Of a stretch of 25,819 nucleotides of DNA, positions 1 to 9,814 are shown piece after piece (position 1 is the first letter of the stretch; every line of letters starts with the position of its first letter). The translations under genes were made by a program, and so were the position numbers. The notes beneath the pieces are model-generated. The model saw only the letters and a program-made list of their open reading frames with translations. It ran no database searches and had not been told where the DNA came from. The DNA is from Pseudobacteriovorax sp. (GTDB lineage Bacteria; Bdellovibrionota_B; Oligoflexia; Oligoflexales; Oligoflexaceae), in NCBI GenBank assembly GCA_050293845.1, contig JBNKNM010000065.1, positions 1 through 25,819 of the forward strand, written 5' to 3'.

Positions 1-51
1 CTTCGGAATATCATTAATAGAGCCGATGTAAATAAGTTCACTAGAGTTCAT
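1..51 (-). CDS. nirD: Nitrite reductase small (Rieske-like) subunit, 5' end only; runs off the window edge
   Basis: Not in the ORF track. The minus-strand ATG at 51-49 overlaps the nirB TGA (ATGA coupling) and reads MNSSELIYIGSINDIPK, matching the typical NirD start (IG..xDIP). It lies directly downstream of nirB. Confidence 0.8.
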   Translation of the reverse strand, partial: MNSSELIYIGSINDIPK

Positions 52-2504
52 AAACCAACCTCTATTTTTCCTATTTTAAATTCTTCTGAGTGATACTGAG
101 ACTGGGGAAGTTTTTGCCAGGGATCTGTTTGATTTTCGTCTTGAGAATCGGCAAACCGAGCATAGAGTTCTCGCCGGCGGTCAGGATTGGATACAATTTG
201 TTCTTTCACATATGCGAGACCGACCTTTTCAATCCAATGGGATGTGCGATCTAGATAGCGAGCTTCTTCCCTATATAACTGAAGGAAAGCACATGTGTAC
301 TCCATAACCTCTTGGGAAGTCGAAACCTTACATAAAAAGTCTGAAACTCTGACTTTAGCTCCCCCATTTCCTCCCACGTAAAGTTCCCAACCTGATTCAA
401 CAGCAACAACCCCTAGGTCTTTAATAGTCGATTCCGCACAATTCCGTGGGCAACCTGAAACAGCCAGCTTAACTTTATGGGGTGTCCAAGACCCCCATAG
501 GGCTTTTTCTAGCTCAATACCCATAGAGGTTGAGTCTTGCGTTCCGAAACGGCACCATTCAGAACCCACACATGTTTTAACTGTTCTTACAGACTTTCCG
601 TAGGCATGACCTGATACCATACCAGCTTTATTCAACCTTTTCCAAACTGCGGGTAAGTCTTCTTTTTTAACTCCTAGTAAATCAACCCTCTGGCCTCCGG
701 TCATTTTAATTGTAGGGATATTAAACTCTTCAGCCACATCAGCAATAGCTCTTAGTTCTTTAATACTAGTCATACCACCGAACATTCTTGGTACCACAGA
801 ATAGGTTCCATCCTTTTGAATATTGGCATGAACCCGTTCATTAACGAACCTTGATCGCCTATCGTCTTGGTATCCTTTTGGATTGGCACATAGAAGGTAA
901 TAATTGAGAGCGGGACGACAACGATGACATCCATCAGTGGTCTTCCAATCTAGGGCTACCATGACATCACTAATCGTGGCAAACTTTCTGACCTGAATAT
1001 GATTGCGAATATCTTCATGGCTTTTGTCGGTACAGGCGCAAATTCCAATTTTTTCCGGCTCATTGGAATCACCATTTTTTTCCTGTAGACCTGCAAGCAG
1101 GGATTGGACTGTATCTGCGCAGGTACCACAGCCAGTACAGGCCTTTGTAAACAGTTTCACCTCCGCAAAACTTTTTAAGTTTCGGTTAGCTACGGCCTCC
1201 ATGATGGTTCCCTTACTAACACCATTGCAACCACATATCTCAAAGTCATCAGACATGGCTGCAATACTATATTCTGGGCTCGCTATCCCGCTAACAGGAC
1301 CAAAGAGGAGCTGGTCCCGCAAGGAGCTAATATCTGTCTTGTCTTCAAGGAGTTGCGTATACCAATTGGAGTGCTGTGTATTTCCTAGCAGCACCACACC
1401 TTCCACATAGTTCTGATGTAGGATAATTTTTCGGTAGATTCCCAATTTTACATCTTGATAAACTAATTCTTCATCATCGTCGGCATCGCCACTGACTTTG
1501 CCTTGAGAATAAAGATCAATGCCACTTACTTTTAACTTTACCGGTATATCGCGAATAGAAAAAAAGCGCTTCTGAGATTGATTCTTTACCGCTAAATTTC
1601 TAGCAAAAACATCGGCCATTTCAAAAAGAGGAGATACGAGTCCGAAGGTTTTTTCATGGAACTCAACACATTCCCCAATCGCCCAAAAATTTTCAAGATT
1701 AGTTTCCATAAATTCATTGGTGATAATACCTCGATTTACCTTTAAACCGACTTTCTTAGCCAGTTCAATTCTAGGTCTTATACCTACTGCCATGACTACA
1801 ATATCGCATTCAAGAGAACTACCATCCGCAAAAGTTATTCCCGTAACTTTTTCATTTTTTTCATGCAATATCTCTTTAGTAGATTTTGCAGTAAGAATAC
1901 GCAGCCCTTTTTTAACTAATTGAGCTTCAAGCAACTTGCCAGCTTGATAATCCAACTGTCTTTCCATAAGGTGGTCCATAAGGTGAATCACGGTCACCTC
2001 CATTCCTCTTTGCATCAGACCATATGCAGCCTCCAGTCCTAATAACCCTCCGCCAATGACAATAGCTCTTTTAAGTTCGTGGCTGGCGGCCACCATTTTC
2101 TCAACATCGTCAATATCACGAAAGGTAATGACTTGGGGTAGACCTGACCCTGGAACTGGAATTTTAATGGGGGACGAACCAGTAGCAAACAATACATGAT
2201 CAAAGCTGATCCTTTTCGTATCTGCTGTAATGAGAGTTTGATCAGACAAATCAATATCGACCACTGTGACACCTCTCAATAGATTTACTCCATTAGATTG
2301 GTACCATTCATGATCGTGGGTTACGATATCCTCTATACTCTTTTCACCTGCTAACAGAGAAGATAATAGAATACGATTGTAAGCGTCGTGGGTTTCCTCG
2401 CTAAGAATTGTAATATTAAACATATCGGGACAATATCTTTTTACCTTCTCAGCAGCCTTAATCCCTGCCATCCCATTCCCAATAATACACAAATTTTTTT
2501 TCAT
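48..2504 (-). CDS. nirB: NAD(P)H-dependent assimilatory nitrite reductase large subunit (NirB/NasD)
   Basis: 818 aa. FAD motif IIGNGMAG, NAD motif IGGGLLGLE, two BFD-like [2Fe-2S] regions (CGCNGV...CTGCGTC; CACT...GCHRC), siroheme/[4Fe-4S] ligands CVGSEWC and GCPRNC. G-rich RBS upstream. Confidence 0.97.
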   Translation of the reverse strand: MKKNLCIIGNGMAGIKAAEKVKRYCPDMFNITILSEETHDAYNRILLSSLLAGEKSIEDIVTHDHEWYQSNGVNLLRGVTVVDIDLSDQTLITADTKRISFDHVLFATGSSPIKIPVPGSGLPQVITFRDIDDVEKMVAASHELKRAIVIGGGLLGLEAAYGLMQRGMEVTVIHLMDHLMERQLDYQAGKLLEAQLVKKGLRILTAKSTKEILHEKNEKVTGITFADGSSLECDIVVMAVGIRPRIELAKKVGLKVNRGIITNEFMETNLENFWAIGECVEFHEKTFGLVSPLFEMADVFARNLAVKNQSQKRFFSIRDIPVKLKVSGIDLYSQGKVSGDADDDEELVYQDVKLGIYRKIILHQNYVEGVVLLGNTQHSNWYTQLLEDKTDISSLRDQLLFGPVSGIASPEYSIAAMSDDFEICGCNGVSKGTIMEAVANRNLKSFAEVKLFTKACTGCGTCADTVQSLLAGLQEKNGDSNEPEKIGICACTDKSHEDIRNHIQVRKFATISDVMVALDWKTTDGCHRCRPALNYYLLCANPKGYQDDRRSRFVNERVHANIQKDGTYSVVPRMFGGMTSIKELRAIADVAEEFNIPTIKMTGGQRVDLLGVKKEDLPAVWKRLNKAGMVSGHAYGKSVRTVKTCVGSEWCRFGTQDSTSMGIELEKALWGSWTPHKVKLAVSGCPRNCAESTIKDLGVVAVESGWELYVGGNGGAKVRVSDFLCKVSTSQEVMEYTCAFLQLYREEARYLDRTSHWIEKVGLAYVKEQIVSNPDRRRELYARFADSQDENQTDPWQKLPQSQYHSEEFKIGKIEVGL

Positions 2505-2585
2505 GAGTTCACCCCCCTTTACTACTTTTAGAAAAAACCATAGATGGCATCTTAGTATTTTTCAAGAATAGCTAAGCATCTCAGT

Positions 2586-2629
2586 ACATTCAAAAATGTG
2601 ACATTACGCAGCACAACATTCCCGAATGT
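2586..2629. promoter_or_regulatory. Twin palindromic operator-like sites ACATT-N4-AATGT in the divergent nirB/narK promoter
   Basis: ACATTcaaaAATGT at 2586-2599 and ACATTcccgAATGT at 2616-2629, 30 bp apart. AATGTgACATT at 2595-2605 forms a third overlapping palindrome. Confidence 0.55.
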
Positions 2630-2718
2630 AAGCTGCTAGGATTAGGTTTTCACAAGACATATCCCATGAATCCTGAAATCCTGTGACAGAACTAACAACG
2701 ACACTAGCTGGAGGACCC

Positions 2719-4044
2719 ATGATTAAGCATAAAGCTCAGTCGCTGAATCTCAGAGACTTGAAAACAGTACCGATGAGAACGTTTCATATCACCTGGTTTT
2801 CATTTTTTATGTGTTTTTTCGCTTGGTTCGGAGTAGCCCCATTGATGCCCATCATTCGTGATGAATTCGCCCTCAGCCGTGAGCAAATCGGAACGATCAT
2901 CGTCGCGAGTGTTGCTGCAACCATCTTTATGAGGCTCTTTTTAGGGTATATATGCGATAGGATTGGACCTCGGTTGACCTATACTTGGTTATTAGCCCTT
3001 GGATCTATCCCTGTGATTGGCATTAGTTTTTCCAACAGTTACGAAAGTTTTCTGTTTTTTAGACTACTCATCGGATGTATTGGTGCTTCCTTTGTCATTA
3101 CCCAATACCATACTAGTGTCATGTTCGCCCCTAATGTTGTGGGAACCGCCAATGCGACTTCAGCTGGTTGGGGGAACCTTGGCGGCGGTGTCACACAAAT
3201 GGTCATGCCGCTGTTATTTTCTGGTATTGTTGCTTTAGGCGCAAGCCAGGCCTTAAGCTGGAGATTATCGATGGCAGTAACTGGTATCGCTCTGATAGGC
3301 TGCGCTCTACTTTATTTTTTCTTTACACAAGATTTTCCCGATGGAAATATTAAGGACATAAAAGAGCAAGGTCACCATGAAGTCGATACCCTTGATAAGC
3401 ATTCGGGGGTTTGGGATGCTTTAGCCAACTATAGAATTTGGGTCCTATTCTTAGTATACGGTGCTTGCTTTGGTATCGAGCTCACTATAAATAATGTAGC
3501 TGCTTTATACTACACAGATCGCTTTCACTTGGACCTAAAAACAGCCGGATTGATTGCCGGGTTATTTGGGTTAATGAACATCTTCGCCCGTAGTCTTGGT
3601 GGTGTTTGGGCTGATCGATTCGGAAATAAAAATGGACTCCGCGGGCGTGTGAGGTTTTTATGTATCATGATAGCTTTTGAAGGCTTAGCCCTACTCTTAT
3701 TCTCCAAAATGAATATATTGATACTGGCCATTGCTTCGATGATTCTTTTCAGTCTGTTTGTACAAATGGCTGAAGGAGCGACTTATTCAGTTGTTCCATT
3801 TGTTAATAGGAAACATCTCGGTTTGGTTTCTGGTATCGTAGGTGCTGGCGGCAATGTTGGTGCTGTTATTTTCGGTTTTTTCTTTCGTAACTCTGAATTA
3901 ATGATGCAGGAGATATTTTCTATGCTAGGCCTTGTAGTTTTAGGCATTTCTGTTTTGGTCCCCTTCATTCGTTTCAGTACAGAAAAAGAACAACATGAAA
4001 AGAGCTTGCTTTCGCAAACCAAGATGGCCAGAAGCAATACCTAA
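2719..4044 (+). CDS. narK: Nitrate/nitrite MFS transporter (NNP family, NarK/NRT2-like)
   Basis: About 12 hydrophobic segments, nitrate-porter signature (FAPNVVGTANATSAGWGNLGGG) and FARSLGG repeat. Start moved from the track's GTG 2683 to ATG 2719 because GGAGG lies at 2710-2714. Adjacent to nirBD. Confidence 0.93.
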   Translation: MIKHKAQSLNLRDLKTVPMRTFHITWFSFFMCFFAWFGVAPLMPIIRDEFALSREQIGTIIVASVAATIFMRLFLGYICDRIGPRLTYTWLLALGSIPVIGISFSNSYESFLFFRLLIGCIGASFVITQYHTSVMFAPNVVGTANATSAGWGNLGGGVTQMVMPLLFSGIVALGASQALSWRLSMAVTGIALIGCALLYFFFTQDFPDGNIKDIKEQGHHEVDTLDKHSGVWDALANYRIWVLFLVYGACFGIELTINNVAALYYTDRFHLDLKTAGLIAGLFGLMNIFARSLGGVWADRFGNKNGLRGRVRFLCIMIAFEGLALLLFSKMNILILAIASMILFSLFVQMAEGATYSVVPFVNRKHLGLVSGIVGAGGNVGAVIFGFFFRNSELMMQEIFSMLGLVVLGISVLVPFIRFSTEKEQHEKSLLSQTKMARSNT

Positions 4045-4102
4045 AGCCTATAGATGTTAGGATGACCAGTTTTGTAAGATCACAGCGGCTGGAATAAAGC
4101 TA

Positions 4103-4133
4103 TGAGCTGAAGTTCATTTTCGAATTCAGCTCA
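4103..4133 (+). terminator. Stem-loop downstream of the nitrate transporter (possible terminator or mRNA stabiliser)
   Basis: Perfect 9-bp inverted repeat TGAGCTGAA/TTCAGCTCA about 60 nt after the stop codon; no clear U-tract. Confidence 0.4.
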
Positions 4134-4275
4134 ATGAATACGTCATCATAAACAAGATATATCACTCATGACCATTTAGCCTAGCCAGGAGCTGAGCATT
4201 TTCGTTTCAAAGTTTGGAGTCAGTACCCTCATCTGTGAAATTTGCATAAAGACTATATTTTTTAGCATGGTTTAG

Positions 4276-4510
4276 ATATCGTAAGTTTGATTTGTAATAT
4301 ATAAACATATCGTTTTTGTTAGCCCCATATCTTAGAGCATTACTTGCTCACTCTTCTTTTGAATATCTAATAAAATCAGCCATATCAAATAAGTAACAGC
4401 ATCCAAGTCCGCTTACACCAGCAGCTAAGCCCAGAAAAAAAATTCCTATCATCCATCTTTTTGAAAAATTTTTAGCATATCCTCCATTCATTTCACTGCG
4501 AACTTATGCT
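4276..4510 (+). promoter_or_regulatory. Putative AraC-type activated promoter of the arabinose operon
   Basis: Co-oriented ATATC repeats and a direct repeat TATC(A/C)TCCAT at 4447-4456 and 4478-4487. A candidate -10 TATGCT at 4505-4510 would place the -35 over the second repeat. Confidence 0.4.
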
Positions 4511-4562
4511 AGTTTCCACCCCAATCAAGTATATAGCAAAAAAACCACAGGAAGGTTGATCC

Positions 4563-5534
4563 ATGAAACTGTTTGCAACATCATTTAGTGCCTTGCGACT
4601 TAAGAGAGCAGCTGCACTATTACTCAGCTTACTTTTCTTCTCTTCTGCATCCTATGCAAAAAAAATAGTAGTTGGTTTTTCTCAGATTGGTGCTGAGAGT
4701 GCCTGGCGCGTAGCCAACACTACGTCGATTATGTCAGAAGCGAAAAAACGACCTCATATTGAACTGAAGTTTTCAGATGCCCAGCAAAAACAAGAGAATC
4801 AAATTAAAGCCATTCGCTCCTTTATAGCTCAGGGCGTTGATGTGATCGCATTCTCACCTGTTGTCGAAAGTGGTTGGGAACCAGTACTTAAGGAAGCCAA
4901 GCGCGCCCGAATCCCGGTTATTTTAACTGATAGAGCTGTTAATGTTAGCCGAGACGATTTATGGGTCACTTTTATGGGTTCCGATTTTGTGGAAGAAGGT
5001 CGCAAAGCCGCACGGTGGTTAGTCAAAAATATTGGAGAGGAAGCTAATATTGTTGAACTTCAAGGAACTGTCGGCTCAGCCCCCGCTATCGACCGCAAAA
5101 ATGGCTTTATGGAGGTTATTAAAAACTATCCTAAGCTAAAGATTATCCGTTCACAAAGCGGTGACTTCACACGATCCAAGGGTAAGGAAGTCATGGAAGC
5201 CTTCCTTAAAGCCGAAGGCAAAAGGGTAAACGTGCTTTACTCCCATAACGATGACATGGCTATTGGTGCGATTCAAGCCATTGAAGAATATGGCTTGAAC
5301 CCTGGTAAAGATATCAAGATTATTTCCGTCGATGCTGTTAAAGGGGCATTTGAGGCCATGATTGCCGGTAAGCTAAACGTTACTGTGGAATGTAGCCCCC
5401 TACTTGGCCCGCAATTATTTGATGTTATTGAAGACATCATGGCAGGAAAACAAGTACCTAAAAGAATTACGACCAAGGAAGGTATCTTCCCTCAGGAAGT
5501 TGCGAAACAAGAAATTGGCAATCGACTCTACTAA
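4563..5534 (+). CDS. ytfQ: Sugar ABC transporter substrate-binding protein, YtfQ-like (galactofuranose/arabinose)
   Basis: Signal peptide ending SYA. Motifs VGFSQIGAESAWR, SDAQQKQENQIKAIRSFIAQGVD, HNDDMAIGAIQAI and VECSPLLGP are characteristic of the YtfQ family. Confidence 0.92.
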   Translation: MKLFATSFSALRLKRAAALLLSLLFFSSASYAKKIVVGFSQIGAESAWRVANTTSIMSEAKKRPHIELKFSDAQQKQENQIKAIRSFIAQGVDVIAFSPVVESGWEPVLKEAKRARIPVILTDRAVNVSRDDLWVTFMGSDFVEEGRKAARWLVKNIGEEANIVELQGTVGSAPAIDRKNGFMEVIKNYPKLKIIRSQSGDFTRSKGKEVMEAFLKAEGKRVNVLYSHNDDMAIGAIQAIEEYGLNPGKDIKIISVDAVKGAFEAMIAGKLNVTVECSPLLGPQLFDVIEDIMAGKQVPKRITTKEGIFPQEVAKQEIGNRLY

Positions 5535-5555
5535 TTGCTTTTGAAGGAAACGAAT

Positions 5556-7100
5556 GTGAGTGCAAAACAGGCTTTTCTCCAAATCAATAACCTTTACAAA
5601 TCGTTTAAGGGGGTAAAGGCACTTGATAACGTTAGCTTTTCCTTGCAACACGGAGAAATCCATGCACTCCTGGGGGAAAACGGGGCAGGAAAATCGACCC
5701 TCATAAAGGTTTTGACCGGGATCTATCGTAAAGATCAAGGTGAGATCTTCCTTGAGGGTCGCCCTTTTATAGCGGAAACCCCTGGAAAAGCCGTTAAATC
5801 TGGCATTAGTACCGTCTATCAGGAAGTGGGCCTCATTCCTAACCTTTCTGTAGCTGAAAATATTTATCTCGGTCGCCAACCGACTCGCTTTGGCCATATC
5901 AACTGGCGGAAAATTAATCATGGCGCCAAAGAGGCCTTAAAGCTTTTCAATTTAGACATTGATGTGACCCAGCCTGTTGGCGATTACTCTTTGGCTATCC
6001 AACAGCTTGTAGCCATTACGCGCGCCCTACAATTTTCTGTAAAAATTTTGATTCTTGACGAACCGACCTCTAGTCTTGATGAGGCCGAAGTTAAGATGCT
6101 CTTCCAATCCATGTTAACCCTTAAAAGACAAGGAATTGCCATTGTCTTTGTCACCCATTTTTTGGATCAAATTTTTGCCATAAGCGACAGAATGACAATT
6201 CTTCGCAATGGGCAGCTGGTGGGAAGTTACCAAACCAGCGGTATGAGCAGGCTTGAACTAGTCAGCAAAATGCTAGGAAAGCCTCCAGTGGCACAAGAAG
6301 CTATCGCCATCACCCAGACTTCAGAGGATTCCCAAGAAGACGTTTACTTGTCTGCCCGAGGCATTGAACGATCTGGATCTGTTAAAGCTTTGGACATCGA
6401 TATCAAAGAGGGTGAAATACTAGGTCTCGCTGGCTTATTGGGCTCGGGGCGTACAGAACTACTACGACTGATCTTCGGCATCGACCGCATCAGTCAGGGC
6501 CGTATTAAAGTTAAAGGCAAAGAAACTAATATCAACTCTCCTCGCAAGGCCATTGAAAAGTCTATGGCTTTCTGCCCTGAAGATCGTAAGGAAGAAGGCA
6601 TTCTTCCGGATTTAAGTGTCAGGGAAAATATTATCCTTGCTCTGCAAGCACGCAAAGGAATTTTTCGCAAGCTCAAGCAAGCCACCCAGGATGAAATTGT
6701 CCACAAGCTTATGGTTGCGCTACAAATCAAAGCTGCCAGTCCCGAGCAAGCCCTGAAGTACCTTAGCGGTGGCAATCAGCAAAAGGTTATTATTGCTCGC
6801 TGGTTAGCAGCTAACCCCAAACTGCTTATTCTAGACGAACCCACACGCGGCATCGATATTGGTGCCAAAGCTGAAATTCAAAATATTTTAAAAAAGCTCA
6901 GCAGCGAAGGTATGGCGATTTTATTTGTATCCTCAGAATTAGACGAGGTGATCCATACCTGTGATCGTGTGGCGGTCATGCGAGATCGTAGTAAGGTTAA
7001 AGAGCTTTTAGGTGAGGAGATTACGGAACCTGCCATTTTAAATGCTATTGCCGGTAAACCCCTTGCTAAACAAGAAAATACATGGACAGCAAATGCTTAG
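5556..7100 (+). CDS. ytfR: Sugar ABC transporter ATP-binding protein (tandem NBD, CUT2), YtfR-like
   Basis: Walker A GENGAGKST, LILDEPT twice, LSGGNQQKV. Likely start is GTG 5556 with AAGGA at 5544-5548 (track start 5535). Confidence 0.93.
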   Translation: MSAKQAFLQINNLYKSFKGVKALDNVSFSLQHGEIHALLGENGAGKSTLIKVLTGIYRKDQGEIFLEGRPFIAETPGKAVKSGISTVYQEVGLIPNLSVAENIYLGRQPTRFGHINWRKINHGAKEALKLFNLDIDVTQPVGDYSLAIQQLVAITRALQFSVKILILDEPTSSLDEAEVKMLFQSMLTLKRQGIAIVFVTHFLDQIFAISDRMTILRNGQLVGSYQTSGMSRLELVSKMLGKPPVAQEAIAITQTSEDSQEDVYLSARGIERSGSVKALDIDIKEGEILGLAGLLGSGRTELLRLIFGIDRISQGRIKVKGKETNINSPRKAIEKSMAFCPEDRKEEGILPDLSVRENIILALQARKGIFRKLKQATQDEIVHKLMVALQIKAASPEQALKYLSGGNQQKVIIARWLAANPKLLILDEPTRGIDIGAKAEIQNILKKLSSEGMAILFVSSELDEVIHTCDRVAVMRDRSKVKELLGEEITEPAILNAIAGKPLAKQENTWTANA

Positions 7101-8142
7101 TAAATTTAAATCCAAACCTTCAAGCGTCAGTATTTTTTGGCCACTAGTGGCATTTGCCCTCCTTTTGGCTTTCAATTGGTTTTTTACTCCGGGGTTCTTC
7201 CATATGGAGATGAGGGATGGTCACCTGTTTGGAATCCCCTTAGATATACTAAATCGCGGAGCACCTATCATATTGCTGTCCATCGGTATGACCCTAGTTT
7301 ATGCCACGGGAGGGATCGATCTATCCGTTGGCGCCGTTATGGCAATTAGTGGTGCTCTTGCTGCCTATATTATTCGTCCGCAATACAGCAGCGGAGTTTT
7401 GGAATACCAACAAGATGTGAGTATGTTCTTGGTTCTGGCAATCCCTATGATAGCTTCTTTGCTGTGTGGCTTATGGAATGGAATATTGGTCGCTAAGGTT
7501 GGCGTACAACCGATTATTGCAACATTAATTTTGATGGTTACGGGACGGGGTATTGCGCAACTTATCACTAAAGGCAATATCATCGTTTTCGAGCACGAGT
7601 CTTTCAACTACCTAGGCAGCGGTTTTTTATTAGGCCTTCCCGTGCCAATTGTCATAGGGATCTTCTTACTGGTAATCACTTATTTACTGACCCGCAAAAC
7701 AGCCCTTGGATTATTTATCGAAGCTGTAGGAGCGAATCCCATCGCTAGCCGTTTCATGGGATTAAAGTCTAGTTTAATCGTAACTCTTGTCTATGTATTT
7801 TCTGGTTTCTGTGCCGGCTTAGCTGGACTAGTGGTCTGTTCCGATATCAAAGCAGCCGACGCGAACAATGCTGGGCTCTTTTTTGAACTGGATGCTATCG
7901 CTGCTGTCATAATTGGTGGCACCTTATGGGGAGGACGCTTCACCCTAGCAGGATCGGTGCTGGGAGCTCTCATTATACAAACACTTACAACCACAATATT
8001 GGCGCAAGGTGTGGCCCCAGAAGTGACGTTAGTCTTTAAGGCAGCAGTAATACTGTCCGTTGCACTGATTCAGTCACCCAATATTAGGCAGGCCATCACA
8101 TCAAAAATCTCAAGACCCAAAACAGGACTACAGTTACCATGA
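7093..8142 (+). CDS. ytfT: Sugar ABC transporter permease, YtfT-like
   Basis: TGGIDLSVG, QPIIATLILMVTGRGIAQL, ADANNAGLFFELDAI. Likely start ATG 7093 overlapping the ytfR stop (track start 7042). Confidence 0.9.
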   Translation: MLSKFKSKPSSVSIFWPLVAFALLLAFNWFFTPGFFHMEMRDGHLFGIPLDILNRGAPIILLSIGMTLVYATGGIDLSVGAVMAISGALAAYIIRPQYSSGVLEYQQDVSMFLVLAIPMIASLLCGLWNGILVAKVGVQPIIATLILMVTGRGIAQLITKGNIIVFEHESFNYLGSGFLLGLPVPIVIGIFLLVITYLLTRKTALGLFIEAVGANPIASRFMGLKSSLIVTLVYVFSGFCAGLAGLVVCSDIKAADANNAGLFFELDAIAAVIIGGTLWGGRFTLAGSVLGALIIQTLTTTILAQGVAPEVTLVFKAAVILSVALIQSPNIRQAITSKISRPKTGLQLP

Positions 8143-9131
8143 AAGCCTTAGCTATATCTCGCAAGTCAATACCTACATTTGCCAGTATTGGCGTATTTTT
8201 ACTCATATCTCTCCTAGGTTCCATCATGTTTCCCGGTTTCTTTTCATTAAGGGTATTTATTAACCTTCTTACAGACAACGCCTTTGTGGGTGTCATCGCT
8301 ATATCGATGACCTTTGTGATTATCTCGGGAGGCATTGACTTGTCTGTAGGTTCCGTCGTTGCTTTCTGTAGCGTCCTAGCAGCAAACTTGATGAAGCAGG
8401 GTTGGGACCCTTTATTAGTAGTTGGTTTTACAGTAGCTTTAGGGGCTTTATTTGGCACCATCATGGGGTGCTTTATTCAATTTTTCCAACTACCTGCTTT
8501 TCTTGTAACATTAACAGGAATGTTTTTAGCACGGGGAGGAGCATTTTTACTAAGCCTAAACTCAATCCCCATTCAAAATCCTGTTTTCGATAAAATAGTC
8601 GATTTTGTTATACCTCTTGGTTTCAGGTCATGGCTAACGGCAACCGCCATTTGCTTCATTGTGGTAGCCATCATCGGCATCTACATTTCTCGCTTCACTA
8701 CATTAGGTCGCAATACTTATGCTATAGGAGGCAGTGAGGAATCCGCAAGCTTAATGGGACTCCCTGTAGCTAAAACTCGTATGCTTATTTACACGCTAAA
8801 CAGCATGGTTTGCGCATTTGCTGGCATCGTATATGGCATCTATACCCTTTCAGGCTATCCCTTAGCCGGTGTCGGCTTGGAGCTTGATGTTATCGCAGCT
8901 GTTGTCATTGGCGGTACCTTATTAACAGGGGGGTCCGGCTATGTTGAAGGAACCATTTTTGGGGTATTGATCCTGGGCTTAATCCAAACAATCATCAATT
9001 TTCAAGGAAATCTTAGTTCATGGTGGGTTAAAATCGTGATTGGTTTCCTCTTATTTTTGTTTATTGTCCTACAAACCCTATTGTCAAATGCGAAAACAGA
9101 GGAAGTTCTATGCCAAACTGGAAAGAATTAA
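8139..9131 (+). CDS. yjfF: Sugar ABC transporter permease, YjfF-like
   Basis: NLLTDNAF, SGGIDLSVGSV, ELDVIAAVVIGGTLLTGG.GYVEGT, LSSWW.KI..G.LLF.FI.LQ. ATGA-coupled to ytfT. Confidence 0.92.
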   Translation: MKALAISRKSIPTFASIGVFLLISLLGSIMFPGFFSLRVFINLLTDNAFVGVIAISMTFVIISGGIDLSVGSVVAFCSVLAANLMKQGWDPLLVVGFTVALGALFGTIMGCFIQFFQLPAFLVTLTGMFLARGGAFLLSLNSIPIQNPVFDKIVDFVIPLGFRSWLTATAICFIVVAIIGIYISRFTTLGRNTYAIGGSEESASLMGLPVAKTRMLIYTLNSMVCAFAGIVYGIYTLSGYPLAGVGLELDVIAAVVIGGTLLTGGSGYVEGTIFGVLILGLIQTIINFQGNLSSWWVKIVIGFLLFLFIVLQTLLSNAKTEEVLCQTGKN

Positions 9132-9814
9132 GAGACCGTGCTTATGAAGGTAACATGGAGCTATCACGAAAGAACATCGTCCTCTATACCTTCGGTAATG
9201 CCTCTGAAATAGACCGGGAATCAGCTTGCTTTGCCATAAAACCCAGCGGCGTTCCCTATGAAAGTCTCAAGCCTTCCGATATTGTCATCGTCGACCTTGA
9301 AGGACGCATCGTTGATGGTAGCTTAAGACCATCGTCCGATACTAAAACCCATGCTGTTTTATATAGGAACCTGCCTGACATTGGCGGTATCGTCCATACC
9401 CATTCGACCTATGCCACCGCCTGGGCGCAGGCCGGGCAAGCAATTCCTTGTTATGGTACCACCCATGCTGACTATGTGTTTGGTGAAGTACCTTGCACGG
9501 CTGTCATGTCGGACAAGCAAGTGGAACGCGACTACGAAGAGGAAACAGGCCAGCAAATATTGGAGACCGTATCTCTTTCTCAACCTTCCCAAAGCCCTAT
9601 GATTTTGGTAGCAAGCCATGGACCTTTTGCTTGGGGTAAGAATGCAAAGGAAGCCGTCTATCATGCAGTTATGCTAGAGGAATTGGCTAAAATGGCTTGG
9701 ATAACAAGGTCGCTTAATGCCGAGACGCCCCATCTCAAAAGCTCGATTCATAAAAAGCATTATCTACGTAAACATGGAAGTAATTCCTACTATGGTCAAT
9801 CGGTGCAACAATGA
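9110..9814 (+). CDS. araD: L-ribulose-5-phosphate 4-epimerase
   Basis: Class II aldolase/epimerase motifs TFGNAS, IKPSGV, PSSDT.TH, GGIVHTHS, GTTHADY, HGPF.WG, HYLRKHG..SYYGQ. Confidence 0.96.
   Translation: MPNWKELRDRAYEGNMELSRKNIVLYTFGNASEIDRESACFAIKPSGVPYESLKPSDIVIVDLEGRIVDGSLRPSSDTKTHAVLYRNLPDIGGIVHTHSTYATAWAQAGQAIPCYGTTHADYVFGEVPCTAVMSDKQVERDYEEETGQQILETVSLSQPSQSPMILVASHGPFAWGKNAKEAVYHAVMLEELAKMAWITRSLNAETPHLKSSIHKKHYLRKHGSNSYYGQSVQQ

Noticed and set aside
2544..2562. TGGCA as a sigma-54 -24 box for the nitrate transporter
   Set aside because: There is no TTGC/GC -12 element at the required spacing.
2586..2629. Twin hairpins as an ANTAR (NasT/NasR) RNA element
   Set aside because: The loops on both strands lack the conserved hexaloop A1/G4 pattern and there is no overlapping terminator; a DNA operator fits better.
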